Part shown: positions 30,156 to 43,600 of the stretch, one piece after another | How positions within the stretch are numbered: position 1 is the stretch's first letter | How the letters are laid out: every line of letters begins with the position of its first letter | From: the human T2T-CHM13v2.0 reference genome, Homo sapiens | NCBI RefSeq assembly: GCF_009914755.1 | Contig: NC_060927.1 | DNA: 64,000 nt | Strand: one strand, 5' to 3' | Program-made: the position numbers and the translations under genes | The notes under the pieces: model-generated | What the model was told of the DNA's origin: nothing | Seen by the model: the letters and a program-made list of their open reading frames with translations, nothing else | Database searches by the model: none

Positions 30156-30336
30156 TAGTAGTTCTCAATTCTACCAACATATAGAATCATCTGGGGAGCT
30201 TTAAAAACATACCAATTCCTGAGCCTCATCCAGACTAATTAGATCAGAATTTCTTGGAGCAAGGGAACAGACACAGGTGGGCTGTAACAGCTGCCCAGGT
30301 GAATCTAATGCACATTAAGACATTCAGAATCACTGA
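30156..30336. mobile_element. MER5-family hAT MITE
   Basis: agtagttctcaa...agaatcatctggggagctttaaaaa...ccaggtgaatctaatgcac...agaatcactg. Confidence 0.75.
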
Positions 30337-33159
30337 TCCATGCTGTTCCATTAGTAGTATATACATGTGCAGCAGCCAAGTATCTCCACATTGCATCTTC
30401 TCCGTATGTAGATACTTGGTCACTTGTTCGGTAAGAAAAAACTTTCTAAAGGAAATTATTGATATTCCCTCAAAGGATAATAATCCAGTATGATTGCATA
30501 AGACATCCACATTAACTATACCCTCAAACAGTCAAGTGAGGAGGGCAGAGCAAATATTATATACTAAAATTAGAATCTGAATCTCAATGATTTGCTCAAG
30601 AGAAAAGGAAGAGTATCTACACTTTTCTCCTCTTTTGTTTTATGATTTAAAAAAATTGTTCTAAATTATCATTTTATCTCTATATTGAAACAGCATTTCA
30701 GATCTGGTTACTGTGAGCCATTCACTCATTTAACAACTACTCATTGAATAGTGACTGGTTTGTTGAGTGCCTACAATGTTCCAGCTGTTATTCTAAGGTA
30801 AATTGAGCTTTCCTTTTAACATTTACTCCACCCAAGCAACCTGTACCTTTTCTCACCCTCCTATCTTTCACCACCTTGACCTTCGTTAACCTACCCTGAT
30901 TTACGCCAGTGCTTTAGATCAGCAAATAACACAAGTCTATTAACGACTGTTAACTTACGGTGTCCTGTCGTCTTCACGCTTTATTTCACGATTCTCATCT
31001 CTTTTCTTTCCCTCGCTAGATTTTAATCAGTGAGTTTGGGGCCTCTTGAAAACAGATTAAGGAATGCTAAGAATAATATCCTATTAACCATTGGAGGATT
31101 AACGCTTGAAAACTGAGGTCAATTTTGGTTTTTGTCTTTCCAGAGAAAGCAAAGTCTCTATATCTCAAATGTGCTGGAAACCACTTTTCCTCGAGGGTGA
31201 AGTGAACCATTAAACTCTCATTATCATTTTACAAAGTAGGAAACATTCCCCAGCAACAGGGGAATCTGTACTTAAATAATCTGATGTCCATAAATGAATA
31301 AGACTTACGATAAAGCATTTTCCTGAGACAACCATTAAAGACTCTTAAAATCAAAAGTCCTCATGATGAAGATGTAGGCAAAATAGGCAGACTGTTCTAA
31401 TGATCTTTAGGGGCAGACCTAGTTTTCTTCTGTGGTATTATAACATTATTAAAAAGTTAATGAGATATCAGTCATCCTTAAAAACCTTTAATCCCAAGGA
31501 TGTATATTACACAATTAAGGTCCTCATTAAAGAATCTAACATCATCCATAAACATTTGAATTTATATGGAAATGATAATGCCTTCTTTTTGTTTTTATGT
31601 GGTTTCCTTTAAAATTTGAAATGAGGGAGAATGTACGAAATCCATGATTTCTAAGTACATATCTAAAACCAACATTTCACAAACACTTTTAAACACAGAC
31701 CTTCGACATATTCCACGTATATTTTGGGGAGATACTATATACTATTTTCTTCCCAAGCAAATGTTTATTATCATTTTAAAGATTCTAACATGACATACAA
31801 TGAATTGGGTGACCATACTTCCATAGTTGCCTGGAACAATCTGATTAATGCTTCCCCTGGCATAATATCAATGGTGCTCCCTTTTTCTCTCTCTAAATTA
31901 TCCCAGTTTGAACAATAAATCACGTGGTCACCCTCCCAATTTTAGTTTAGCATAATATCACCTAACATTTCCCAGCCTTACTTTTCTGTGGAAGCGTTTC
32001 TCCTGTAGCACTTACCAACTTCCCAGGGAAATACTATTTTACAGATTTCCTACTTAATACTTAATATCTGACATTAGTTTAAATTTACAAAAATTTATTC
32101 TTCTCCCTTTTTGGGTAGCAACTGTAAAAGTAACTTACAGGAAGCAGATGGGGTAGAAGAAAATGAAGACACATTGAGGCATGTGGGAAGAAGAATGCAG
32201 TGTACACTGTACCTTTTTCAGGTTGAGAACATTGTTAAATTGTAGCTGTGGAACAGTGAGTGGTGGAACCAGGCCTATCACAGGTTTCCCAACTCAGCTG
32301 AACCATAACAAATACACTGGGTGGAATACAGCTGCAACCTGTAGCCAGCAGGTTTCTTCATGTCCTCACCTTAATTACCCAAATGTATTTCCTCCCACTA
32401 GCTACAGCCTATTAGCCCCCTTAAAATATCATTCATCCATGTCGAAAAAAAAAAAAAAAAAGTACTGCTCAGTAGCCAGTAGTGAAGTTGTACTCATAGA
32501 AGCTTTGTGATTATCCAGGCTCCATTCAATTCCCACACTAGACTTGGTTGGTTTGGGGAAAGAAAACATCAGAATCAGAGTAATTCAACTGCTGTCCGTG
32601 GTATGGTTTTGTCTGTGGCAGTAGATATCCAAGGAAGTGTGGTTGTCCTGAGAAGTCAACAGCGGCAACAGTCTCTTTGGAGACAGGAACGAACATGAGA
32701 CCAAGATATGTTCAAGGTGAGTATTCCATCTCTTTCTATATATCTTTTCCTATGGGGTGCAAGAGAGAGAGTTTCATAACCATTGTCACAGGACCTCACA
32801 GGGGGAACCGTTCAAACCCACATAGGTCAAAAACACACCAATAGCATTCAAATTCTTCAAATATTTTAGGTTTTTCCACCTGATTTACATTTAACAGCAA
32901 ACTCAACACCAGAATAAATAATTACATTCTCCAAGTAAAAACCAATCATTAAATTGAAATAGACAAATATCTGCCAATAAAAAAAGCAATTGCTATCTCA
33001 AATAACTTGTTCATAACTACCAAGTTACCCAGTGTTTATTGGAAACCATTTTCTGGAGATTATTTCAATTTAAAAAGACTTTTAATATTGTCCCACACCG
33101 TTATTAAATATCTATATGCATTAATTTTCCTTGTAGCAATAGCTATCACACAAAGGTTT

Positions 33160-33330
33160 ATGCATCTAGGTACCATTCTAAACACATTTCATGCATATAC
33201 TCATTTAATCCTTCTAGCAATGATCTGAGATAGATAGAAATATTACCGACCCCATTTATAGATGAGGGAACAAAGATGCAGAGAAATTTACTAACCTGCC
33301 CATGGTTATCTGGCTAATAAGTAGCAGTTT
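33160..33330 (-). repeat. MIR
   Basis: ctcatttaatcctt...ccccatttatagatgaggga...aacctgcccatggt. Confidence 0.7.
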
Positions 33331-33806
33331 GTCTTTTCCTCACCAACTGCCTCTTTCTCTTTATATTTTATAAAAATGTAGTATATTTTTATTTTAAAGC
33401 TTTTGAGGAAAAGTACTATTTCTTGTTTGTGTTTCTGTTTTCAATATCTTGTGCCCTTCTTTGGGTATTGCAATCAATCAAAAATGAATATGATAAATAT
33501 TTCTATCAATAGTAATCTTGTTTTAGATAAATGAAAGACCAATATTCTATGAAGTGCCTTGGGCATAGTAAATGTTCAATAAATATTTGTTGATTCTTTC
33601 TGCTAAGGTATATGAAGACTATGCAAACATTTTCTAAAATAGCAATTATTATTATTCCCCAATTCTTTAGTTTGATAAAATTTAACAAAAATTAAACAAT
33701 GTACTTCCTAAATGTAATTGCTTAACTACCAGTTCACAATATGAACACCAAAAATGTATTTTGGGCAGGTTTTTTACGCAATTTTTCTTTGCAAAAGATA
33801 CAACAT

Positions 33807-34556
33807 TGTGCTGTGTTGAATAGTGTCCCCCAAAATTTGTGTTCACCCAGACACTCAAAATATGATCTTATTTGGAAATAGGGTATCTGCAGATGTAATT
33901 AGTTAAGATGACATCATACTGGATTCAACTGGACCCTAAACCCAATGACTGCTGTGCTAATTAGAAGGCTCAGCTGGGTGCGGTGGCTCAAGCCTGTAAT
34001 CCCAGCACTTTGGGAGGCTGAGGTGGGTGGATCACGAGGTCAGGAGTTCAAGACCAGTCTGGCAACATGGTGAAACCCCGTCCCTACTAAAAATACAAAA
34101 ATTCACCAGGTGTGGTGGCGGATGCCTGTAATCCCAGCTACTCGGGAGGCTGAGGTAGAGAATTGCTTGAACCCAGGAGGTGGAGGTTGCAGTGAGCCAA
34201 GATCACGCTACTGCACTCCAGCTTGGTGACAGAGCGAGACTTCGTCTAAAAAAAAAGAAGGCTCTGTGCCAACACAGAGACACAGAGGCATCCAGAGAGA
34301 ACACCACATGATAATAGAGACAGAGATTGAAGTGATTCAGCTGCAAGTCAAGGAACATTAAGTGTTGTCAGTAACTACCAGTGCCAGAAGAGAGGCATGG
34401 GACACATTCTCCCTTCAGTCCTCCAAACTGAATCAATCTTGCTCACACATTGATTTCAGGCTTCTAGTCCCCAGAACCGTAAGAGTATAAATTCTTATTG
34501 TTTTAAGCCACCAAGTTTGTGATAAGTTTCCCAGGCAGCCCTAGGAAACTAATGTA
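33807..34556 (+). mobile_element. MLT1B-like MaLR solo LTR split by an Alu
   Basis: gttgaatagtgtcccccaaaatt...ttatttggaaatagggt start and ttttaagccaccaagtttgtg...gcagccctaggaaactaat end. Confidence 0.82.
33972..34255 (+). mobile_element. AluS (AluSg-like) nested in MLT1
   Basis: Full dimer with TSD AGAAGGCTC at 33963-33971 and 34256-34264. Confidence 0.92.
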
Positions 34557-37412
34557 GACACTAATGTAAAATTCTAATATTCGCTCATTGTTAGATAGAA
34601 ATTTGCTGATACTTCAATTGCCTAGACATCAGCAAGAAAAAATATCCTGTAAATATTATTCTTGATTTTTAAATATATATTTTTTAATTTATCTGAAATG
34701 ATCACTTTTCAAAGCTGTATTTAAATATCTTCCTTAAGCTTTTAAATAAGCTTAATCTCTACCAGTTAATTATTATTGCTATATAGTGATAAGAAACTAG
34801 AGTTGTATTTTCTCTGTTAACATCTATTATGGTTTATTTTATTTCTACCTCATAGGTAATGTTTTAAGATTCTCATATTGTACAATTAATTTCATAGAGC
34901 CCTTGGTAAAGGACAATTCAAACCTACTCCCATGGTCTTTTCAAAGCAGGTAACCTTCCTTGCCTTCTTGGTTATTCATGAAGATAATACAATAGCTTTG
35001 GAAATAATTTCAAAAGCTACATCTGAACTATTCATTAATTAACTGTGAATAATAAATTTGTCAGATATTTTTAAGTTGATGAAAAAAATTACTAAAGTCA
35101 ATTCTAATTATATTAAGCCGTTTTGTAATTATACAAAACGGCTTAATAATTTGTTTTATTTGCTCACAGCAACGCTTCCTTTTTTGTCACCTTGAGAATG
35201 TTTACTTTGAAACAAGGACAAAAAATATTACTCATATTTACATTTTGCTTTTAACGCGACTTGGCAACTGCATTAAATTCTGAAAATATAACTCAAAGAT
35301 ACTTTAAATAATGACAATGTTAATTGGAATCTAGAGCTATAAGTTATGTTTTAATTATAGCAATTTCTTGGTTTTCTAAGAAATACCACTTAAGAGGCTA
35401 AGGGTATTTCCAAGCAACAGGAAGAAATATGTGATTTTCAGTTGGTACAAAAGTAATATTTACCTTTGGAATTTTTTTCCAAATTTTGCATTTGGGACTT
35501 AAGTGTGTTTGAATCACTGGAAAAGCTTCTGGCTCTTTGGTATCACTTACAGATTTAAAGATACACCAGAACTGTATCCTTAGGGAAATAACAGAGAAAA
35601 AGAAATGAGAGAGGAGTGTGAGTTGAAGGTGCTGACTAGTTCTTTATTCTAGTCATAAAAATACAAATGACAGTTTATTAATTTTTCTTATGTAAGGTAA
35701 AGATATGATCATAGTTTCTAACCTGAAAAAAAATGTGCTTAAAGAGGCAGTATAAAATCTCATGATTCCTTTTCAAATGTCGGGCTGGGAAACATGTACA
35801 AGTAAATGTTGTAGTCCCTCTTAATTCATCGGTTCTGTATATGGATGATACTCAGCTCAGTTACTTCTTCATTAAAACTGATCATACGTTCATATCAGAG
35901 TCTCAGCTACACATCAAATTCATACTATACTATTCAGTTTCCATTAGTAATGCCTATGACATTCTTTAATGGCTATTGAACAGTCTATGCTAAATGAGAA
36001 AATTCTCTCTATCGTAGATATCATATAAAATCAGTAGTACTATCAAGCCATAGAATGTCTGCTTTTCTAAGATATCAAGAAACCTGAATTAGCATTAAGA
36101 TTCCTCCCAGAAGTCAATCCCTGGCATAATGTAGACTTTGTCTTATTATCCTTATGACATCAAATATTTTAAAAATACATAATGTCATGAAACTATGCGA
36201 TGTTTGCTGGTGGCTAGTTGATCCTCCACACTGAACTGTGGCTCACAGCATCTTGATGTCACCAGCCTGATAGTGCAAGGAGAATGAATGGTAGAGTGAG
36301 GAGGAAGGAAGCAAAGCCAAGCTTATCTATCCATAGGTAGCACACATCAATTCAAGAGCTGAGCACAGGCCACAGGGAAATACCAAAAGGATTAAAGTGC
36401 ATATATTCCTCTGTTCTATGTGCATACAAACAGGCATTTATTAATTCAGCTGTTCTGTCCTCAAAAACCAGGAATATTTCCAGGTGTGGGGCTAAAAAAG
36501 GAAAAAGCAGAGGAGAAGGATGGGAATCAGAGTCTCCATTCTATTAACCTTGACTGTGCCCATATGCCTTCTTACAGCTCTGAGGAAATGGAAGCCAAGA
36601 TGCTATAAAAAGGGAGGATAGCAGAAACTCCCAGGTGCTGTTAACACCCACTCCAAAGTAGGGATGCAGAATAAAGCTTCGAAAGCATTTGAATGGTATA
36701 GCCATGGGTCAAATTCCTATCTGTCTCCTTATGTCACAGCAGGGAGAAGCATAAATGCCTGGGTCTATTATTCCAGAGTAGAACCTGGTTCTATTGTCCA
36801 GTCAACTGTAATTGGCTCACCATCCCCTGATGATATATATTCATCATGATATCATGATCAGCACTCCACTGAAGCACAATAAAATAGGAAAGGCCTGCCT
36901 ATGTTTCTTGAAACTTTTATTTTATTTATACAATATATACACATATATTCATACACACTGTTTCATGATACATTTATTTCTTCCTGTGGTCTCACTTAGA
37001 AATAAAACTAATTAAACTGCCAAACAGCTCTCCTATTGGGATTCTGCATTATTCTATAAAAGCCAGAGTTAATAGGTTTGAGAAACATTGTTTTGAGGGA
37101 GAGCAACTACACTAGTAGTTTTTTCTCTAAGAGCAGAGATGAATAAAACTACTGACTCATGCAATTTCCCATTGCCATACTCTAAAATTCCTCAGTGTGA
37201 ATCTAATCTGTGAAAGACAGCTGTATCTCACTTTTATATATTTGTAATTATTAAAAAACTACTTCACCATAGACAATGTGGCGTGTCTACAAACAAGGGT
37301 ATGGGCATGTGTGTGGTTAGTGGTTAGAGGATAGTCAACTTAGGAGGTTAATATTGGTGGTGCCTAATTATGAATACACATCCCAGCAATGGTTGACCAG
37401 CTCTTAATCTAG

Positions 37413-37878
37413 TACAGTGACTCAATCCTGGCTCTACATTAAGATCATCAGAGGGCTTTCAAAAATATTTTAGCAGTTATACTATTTTATTTTTAAATTA
37501 TCATACAATAAAATCAATATTTTATTTGTTGTACAGTTTAATATTTTATTTTGTTGTACAGTATTCTTTTGTTGTATAGTATATTTTATTTCTTTTGTTG
37601 TACAGTTCAATGAATTGCAATACATGTATAGATTTGTATAACTACCCCCACAACCCAAACACCATTTTACTACCCCAAAAAATTCTCCTGTGTGTTCTAT
37701 CCCTTCAGAGTCCCAATCTTCTCATAACTATTACCCCTATCAATCATAATTTGTTGAGAAGCTTTTAAAAAATATTAATGTCAAGCTCTGCTCTCAGAGC
37801 TTCTGATTTAATTAGACTGGGGTGAGGTCTGGAGGTCTTTTTTAAAAATGTAATACACAGCCAGGGTTGAGAAACTGG
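37413..37878. mobile_element. MER5-family element interrupted by a minus-strand old L1 3' fragment (~37480-37750)
   Basis: MER5 left part (ctcaatcctggctctacattaagatca) and right part (ttctgatttaatt...cagccagggttgagaaactg) flank an L1-like segment carrying four ttgttgtacagt-like units. Confidence 0.6.
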
Positions 37879-38422
37879 TGCTCTCATCGAAGTCCACATT
37901 CTGAAGGCTGCTACCATAAATGCTTCCACTATCTTTATCTCAATTCAGCATTAAGTGTTTCGTTGGCCAGCATTATGGATATTAAAGACTTCTTTTCATT
38001 GGGGAAATAGTGTTCAAAATATGTGAATGAGTTGTAGGAATTATGGTACAGGCACCTCTACCCTCTCACAAAGAGGTATGAGGATCTGATAACTCCAACA
38101 CCCATTGCAGAAGAACATATGCCTCTTAAGGGAAGGCTTGGGCACAGGATGTAACTACAGGTTTAACAGAATTCTGCTCCTAAAATATTATAGGATTTGT
38201 CCTGAGCAAATCCTTCATGCCTCATGCCTGTCTAGAAAGCCTGAAAAGATTGGGAACTATAATTTCATTGGGCCTTAAGAAAAGTTTAGATGTCTGTTTC
38301 GACTTGCCTGTAAATATTTGCTTTGCAGATTTGGTCTGAGACTTGCTTTCATTGTAATTTGCCATCTGGTAGAGAAATGTTGAGGTGGGAAGCTTACTCT
38401 TTCCAACTCCTAACTTACAAAG

Positions 38423-38585
38423 CAGTAGTTCTCAATCTTGGCTGCACGTTAAAATCACCTAGGGAAATTTAAAAATCCTGATGCTCAGACTGCAACGCAG
38501 AGCAATTAATTCAGAGTCTCTGGGAATGGGATCCAGGCATCATTATTTTAAAACTCTCCAGGTTTGTAGCCAAGGTTGAAAGGTT
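38423..38585. mobile_element. MER5A1-like MITE
   Basis: cagtagttctcaatcttggctgcacgttaaaatcacctaggga...gtagccaaggttga. Confidence 0.75.
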
Positions 38586-38800
38586 ACTAATATCTGCCAA
38601 AATATTATCTAATAATTTTGAACATATAAATTGGCTTAAATTTATTCAGCTCATTAAGCTGAATTCCATCTTCCTTCACCAACACATCTAAACCTGTCTT
38701 CCAGCAGAGCAGCTGGCTGGCTGCCCAGTAACACCATGCAGCTGCAGATCATCTTTACCCCTGACCTCTCCCTTTTGAGTCATAAACTCTGCCTAGAAGA

Positions 38801-39343
38801 TATATCAGTTATCTATTGTTGTGTAACCAATTACTCCCAAACCTAAAAGAATAAACATTTATTTTCACATAGTTTGTGTGGGCCAGAAGTCTAGGATAAC
38901 TCATCTAGGTGGTTCTGGCTCAGGGTTTCTAAAAGGGTTGCAGTCATGTTGCAGTCATCTGAAGGCTTGACTGGGGCTGGAGGATCTGCTCCATGCTCAC
39001 TCGTGGCTGTTGGCAGGAAGCCTCAGCTCCTCACAGGCTGTTGGCCAAAGGCCTCAATTCCTTGCCACATGAATGAAGGTCACATTACAAGGCTGTTTGA
39101 ATAGCCTTATAACATGGTAGCTGGCTTCCTTCAGAGTCAGTGATCCAAGAGAGATAACATGGAGGAAACTAAACTGGCTTTTATGACTGAATCTCTGAGT
39201 CATACATGGTCACTTTCCTTCAGTTTTATTTGTTTGAAGCCAGAAACTAAGTCTAGCCTATGCTCAAGGGAAAGGGAACTAGGCTCTATCTCTTGAAGGG
39301 AAGACTATCAAAGATTTTGTGAACCAATTTTAAAACCATTACA
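38801..39343 (-). mobile_element. MLT1F/G-like MaLR LTR
   Basis: tatcagttatctattgttgtgtaaccaattac...gaaggcttgactggggctggaggatctgc...ttttaaaaccattaca. Confidence 0.75.
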
Positions 39344-39946
39344 GAAGATAATTGACCAGGTTTTACAGAATATAAAATGTATTTTGACTCTCTTTATGAA
39401 ATAGAGTCTAATTATACTAGGGTATATAAACTTAACAGGAATTAGATACCCACAGAACCCAAAACACTCAGAGCTAAGACCACAAATTTGAATTTAATGT
39501 ATTAATACACAGCTATTGTAATTGGTATCCATACTTTAAATTTTGAAAGAAGAAAGGACACACCAGATCAAAAGATATCATCTCATCTCGTACAAGCCCA
39601 TGTTCCAATGAACTAGTTCTTTAAAAGATATGTACTTTATGAGACATGCTATGTATGCGTTAATAACAGATAAACAGAAATGACACTGAATTTCAAGCTC
39701 CATTAGTAACATACAGGGAATGGGGAGAACAAGGTCAGCCAAGATGGTAAAGGACAAAAGGATTTCATTTCCAATTATTTAAAATAGTGTACAAATGTAG
39801 CAACAAAGATAATGTTGAGTGCTTGCCAATTTAAAATAGAAGGGATTATAACAAAGAACCAGAAAGCCTTAATAGCTGATGATCTCAAAATCTTCTATTG
39901 TGTGTAGAAATAACTGTTTTTACGACAAATATTTGGACCATGTAGA

Positions 39947-40160
39947 CCAGGTGTTTACAGTCTGAGGACCAAACCTGACCTGCTTTCTGTTTATGTAAAT
40001 AAAGTTTTATTGGCACACAGCCATGCTCATTCCTTTACCTATTGTTTCTGACTGCTTTCACAGTACAAAGGCAGAACCGAGTAATTTCAAAAAAGGCTCC
40101 ACGGCCTGAAAAGACTAAGAGATTCACTGTCTGCCTTTTACAGAAGTTGTTTGCCAATTT
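39947..40160. mobile_element. MER58A
   Basis: gtaaataaagttttattggcacacagccatgctcattc...tttacagaag..tttgcca. Confidence 0.75.
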
Positions 40161-40822
40161 TTGATGTAGACGAAACAATGGGGATACAAGAGTACTCATA
40201 ACTTCATTAACGATAATCCTTAAGCTTTTATCACAGATCCTCTGGGCCTCAAAGACAGATCCAAGAAGAAAAAAGATTTTTTTTTTAAAAACCATGTCAT
40301 TATTTATTAAAACTTACTACATTTGAGGCCAAAGGACTAAAAGTTAATCAAAATATTTCCTTTGTCACGCTAATATTGTTCTGCTTCATAAAATGTATAA
40401 TGCTGAAGTAAGCCAGTTTTCTTTAGTTTGGTCAGTTTAAGATCCTCAAACTAGTTAAGATATAAAGGGGAGGGAGATTTTCTGGCAAATAAAATCATAG
40501 GAAGGCAGAACATGGGAATTTGAACACCATTTACTTTCTTTGTGCCTTTCTCTGACTCTCTCCTTTTCCTGCCTTCTCCTGTCTCCTCCTTCCCTCCATT
40601 CCTACTCCTTTTTATGTATTGGCATCATTCTTGTCTGCTGCAACTTGGTTTTCTCCACATGATGAGGACTATGACTCCTGCAATCTCCTGGTGTATGTGT
40701 TTCACGCCATCTCCAAAGCATCTAGACAGCATTTCTCTTATTCAGCCTCAGTGCAGAAATCTCAGACTGAGAAATTGAAGGGCTACTTTGGGACATGCTT
40801 GCTTTCCTCCATCAATCACTAT

Positions 40823-40862
40823 GGTCTAGAAGATGGGGTCTAGAAGATGGGGTCTAGAAGAT
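40823..40862. repeat. 14-bp tandem repeat GGTCTAGAAGATGG, ~2.9 copies
   Basis: Perfect copies at 40823 and 40837, partial copy at 40851. Confidence 0.9.
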
Positions 40863-41527
40863 CAGGTTTTGGCCTACTCCTGTGGTTACAGGACCTGCTA
40901 CAAACGAGGGGCAGAAGTGATAGTGTGGAGACAAAAGGCCAACCAGTGGATGAGCACATATCCTATTCCAATAACAACTGGCCCTCCTATCACAGTCACA
41001 AGACCCAAGGAACGTGTTACAGATATAGCATCTATTCCTCAGCTTAGGCAGGCCTCTTAGCAATCACAATTAATTATTAAATATATTCTAATCTGAAAAC
41101 CTCTCTAGATTTCACAGATTCATTCACTGGTTTCTCAAGAAATTCTTTATTCTTTATGCTACAATTGATGCTTCAAAGAAGAGACATACAATGTTATTTC
41201 TTTCTTTGACTATCTCTTTCTTAGATCAAGTAATTCCAATATCTTGGTTCCTCCTCCAGAGCCTGTGGCTGAGACTTCATTCATTTTTCGACCCTCTTAG
41301 TACTTGTTATTGCAGAATTTAATATATACCTTCTTAATATATGAAACTCAGAATGTGACAATGGACAATGATCCAAACAATCCTTGATATATTTGAAATT
41401 AACAGTGGAATCAGACTGAGCTGGGAAGAATTCCTAGCTCTGCCATTTATTAATATGTGTCATATGGTCTTGAAATAATCAATATTTCCTTTTTACAGAT
41501 GAGGACTCTAAGCTATCAATTTAAAAA

Positions 41528-43600
41528 ATATTTATTGAAAATTTACTATATGCCAGTGCTTGGGATACAATAATGACAAGAGAAATATGGTCTCTACTTC
41601 CAGAATATACATGTCAAGGAGAGTATAGACAAATGTATAGACTGCTTCCATGCACTGTGATATGATATGGATAACATGGGTGCTATAGAACAGAAGGGTA
41701 TGCATCCCAGACTCAGGAGTCAGAAGAGTGGGAGGTAGACTCTTCCCAGAGGAATTGGTATCTAAGATGAGACCCAAAGCAACCAGCCAGGCAAAAGAGA
41801 GAAGAGCAAATAAGGGTTGAACAGTGTTTCCGGGGAGGGTAGGTGGCAAATATACCATGATATAAGAGAACATGATGATTTAAAGGAACTGAATGTAATT
41901 CAGCTATGAGTCCAAAATCTTCAGGTGGCAAGTGACAGAAATGCAACTAGGTCAAATGAAACAGTAGATTTTATCAGATCATTAACTAACCTATAGAGAG
42001 ACTTGGCTGGCATCAGGGATGGCAAGATATAGGGACTGGAAAAAATGCCACAACTCTCTCGTCATCTCTGCCTCTAACTTTTGCATATCTTTATAGGTAA
42101 AATTTGTTGTCTACTTTTATAGACTATTTTTTTTCCACACAACGAAGTAAATGAACACCAGAAGCACTGAATTCATGACATAGTAGTTTTACCATTGGGA
42201 GAGAAAACAGAGCTGCTCTCTTCTATTTGCCACAGCCTGCAAAAATGCCAATGATTGTGCAGCGTATGAGATTTTATCCACCTTACAACTAACAAGTTTG
42301 CCTGCTGCAGTTTCATGGATGTTGGCAGAAGGAACTACACTGCTGGGTCAGAGACAAAGGACTCCATTTCTAATGATCCAGCAGCAGTCGTGAGCTTCAT
42401 GTTCACATCAGTTCCCCTTAGTCTCCAGGTGCCATGAGGTCCATGCAGAGCAGCCCAAGTGGATGTTGCACACACAGTGGGCATCTGTCATAGCTGAGGA
42501 TCTCTGATCTTAGGAAACCCTCATCTTACAAAGAAGCTGCTGTCAAACCTGTCTAAACTTTTTCTCAAAGGAAGACATCATCTTTATTATTCAAGTCAAG
42601 AAACAAATCTGCCCTCCAACCCAGAAGGAGATACTATCTCTAGCTTCCAAGGCTTTTTGCTGTGCAGGTATCATTGAAAACACAGTCTAGGATAAAAACT
42701 GTCACAAGCTGCGTAGAAACTCCATGGAGGGATTGGCTTCCAACAAAAAATTCCAGGGAAGGAATCAAAATTGATGTATTTGAGGTCAAGTGCCTGTCCT
42801 CTATCAAGCACTTTGTCCAAGGAGATGGGATAGTATTACGAACACTGCAAAAGTCAATTTCCCATCCACACATGGGTTAAGGTCAGACACCAAGACATTA
42901 GGAGAGGAATGTGCTTGACAAAGATTAATCACATTTATTATGATTCAGTATTAGAAGGGATAAGATGGGGCCAGATCATAAAGAATTATGTAGGTTATGT
43001 TAATTAGTTTGGATTTTTTCCTATGAGCAATAGCAATTTGTTAAATTTTATAATGGGGTAGGTGTGGTATCCTTAGAAAAATCACACTGGTACAGATTTT
43101 AGGGATTGGCAGTAGAGAGTAAATGAAGAAATGAGTTAGAGAACAGTTATATTAGTCCATGTGAAAGGTAACAGGGGTCTGAACCAGAATAGTGAGTATG
43201 GAGAGAAGTGGGCAAATCTGAGGATATTTTTGGTAGCAGTCAAAAGGAGAGAAGACAGAATCAAGGACAAACAACATGTTTTTGTTTTGGGAAACGTCAT
43301 GAGTTGAGACAGAAAGCCTAGAAAGAGAAGCAGGTTTTAACAAGGTAAATTCAGTTTTGAAACTTACATATTTTACATAGGATGGGACACAGAAAGCTAG
43401 GCTAAGGAAATGGATTCAAGACATTTGTATAACACATAGATGGGAAGAGGATTGAACAGAAAAAATACCTCTAGTACAAAACCTGAGGAACACTAATATT
43501 GAAAGAGCAGGCATAAGAAGAACCTGTAAAAAAAGATAATGTAGTCAGTATGCTAGGAAAAAACTAGGAGAAAACAGTAAAACAGAAACCACAGAAGGTG
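41528..43600 (-). repeat. L2 fragmented by nested MLT1-like (~41905-42900) and LTR40 insertions
   Basis: The L2 tail tatttattga...tatatgccagtgct at 41528 continues after 42960 (ggggccagatcat..., gagagaagtgggcaaatctgaggatatttt). Confidence 0.55.
42250..42745 (-). mobile_element. LTR40-like ERVL LTR
   Basis: The minus strand begins tgttggaagccaatccctccatggagtttctacgca and ends near gtaaggtggataaaatctca. Confidence 0.6.

Noticed and set aside
37519-37607. Spaced ttgttgtacagt units, superficially CRISPR-like (likewise the 14-mer repeat at 40823)
   Set aside because: Eukaryotic DNA, irregular low-complexity spacers, inside repeat fragments; ordinary slippage duplication.
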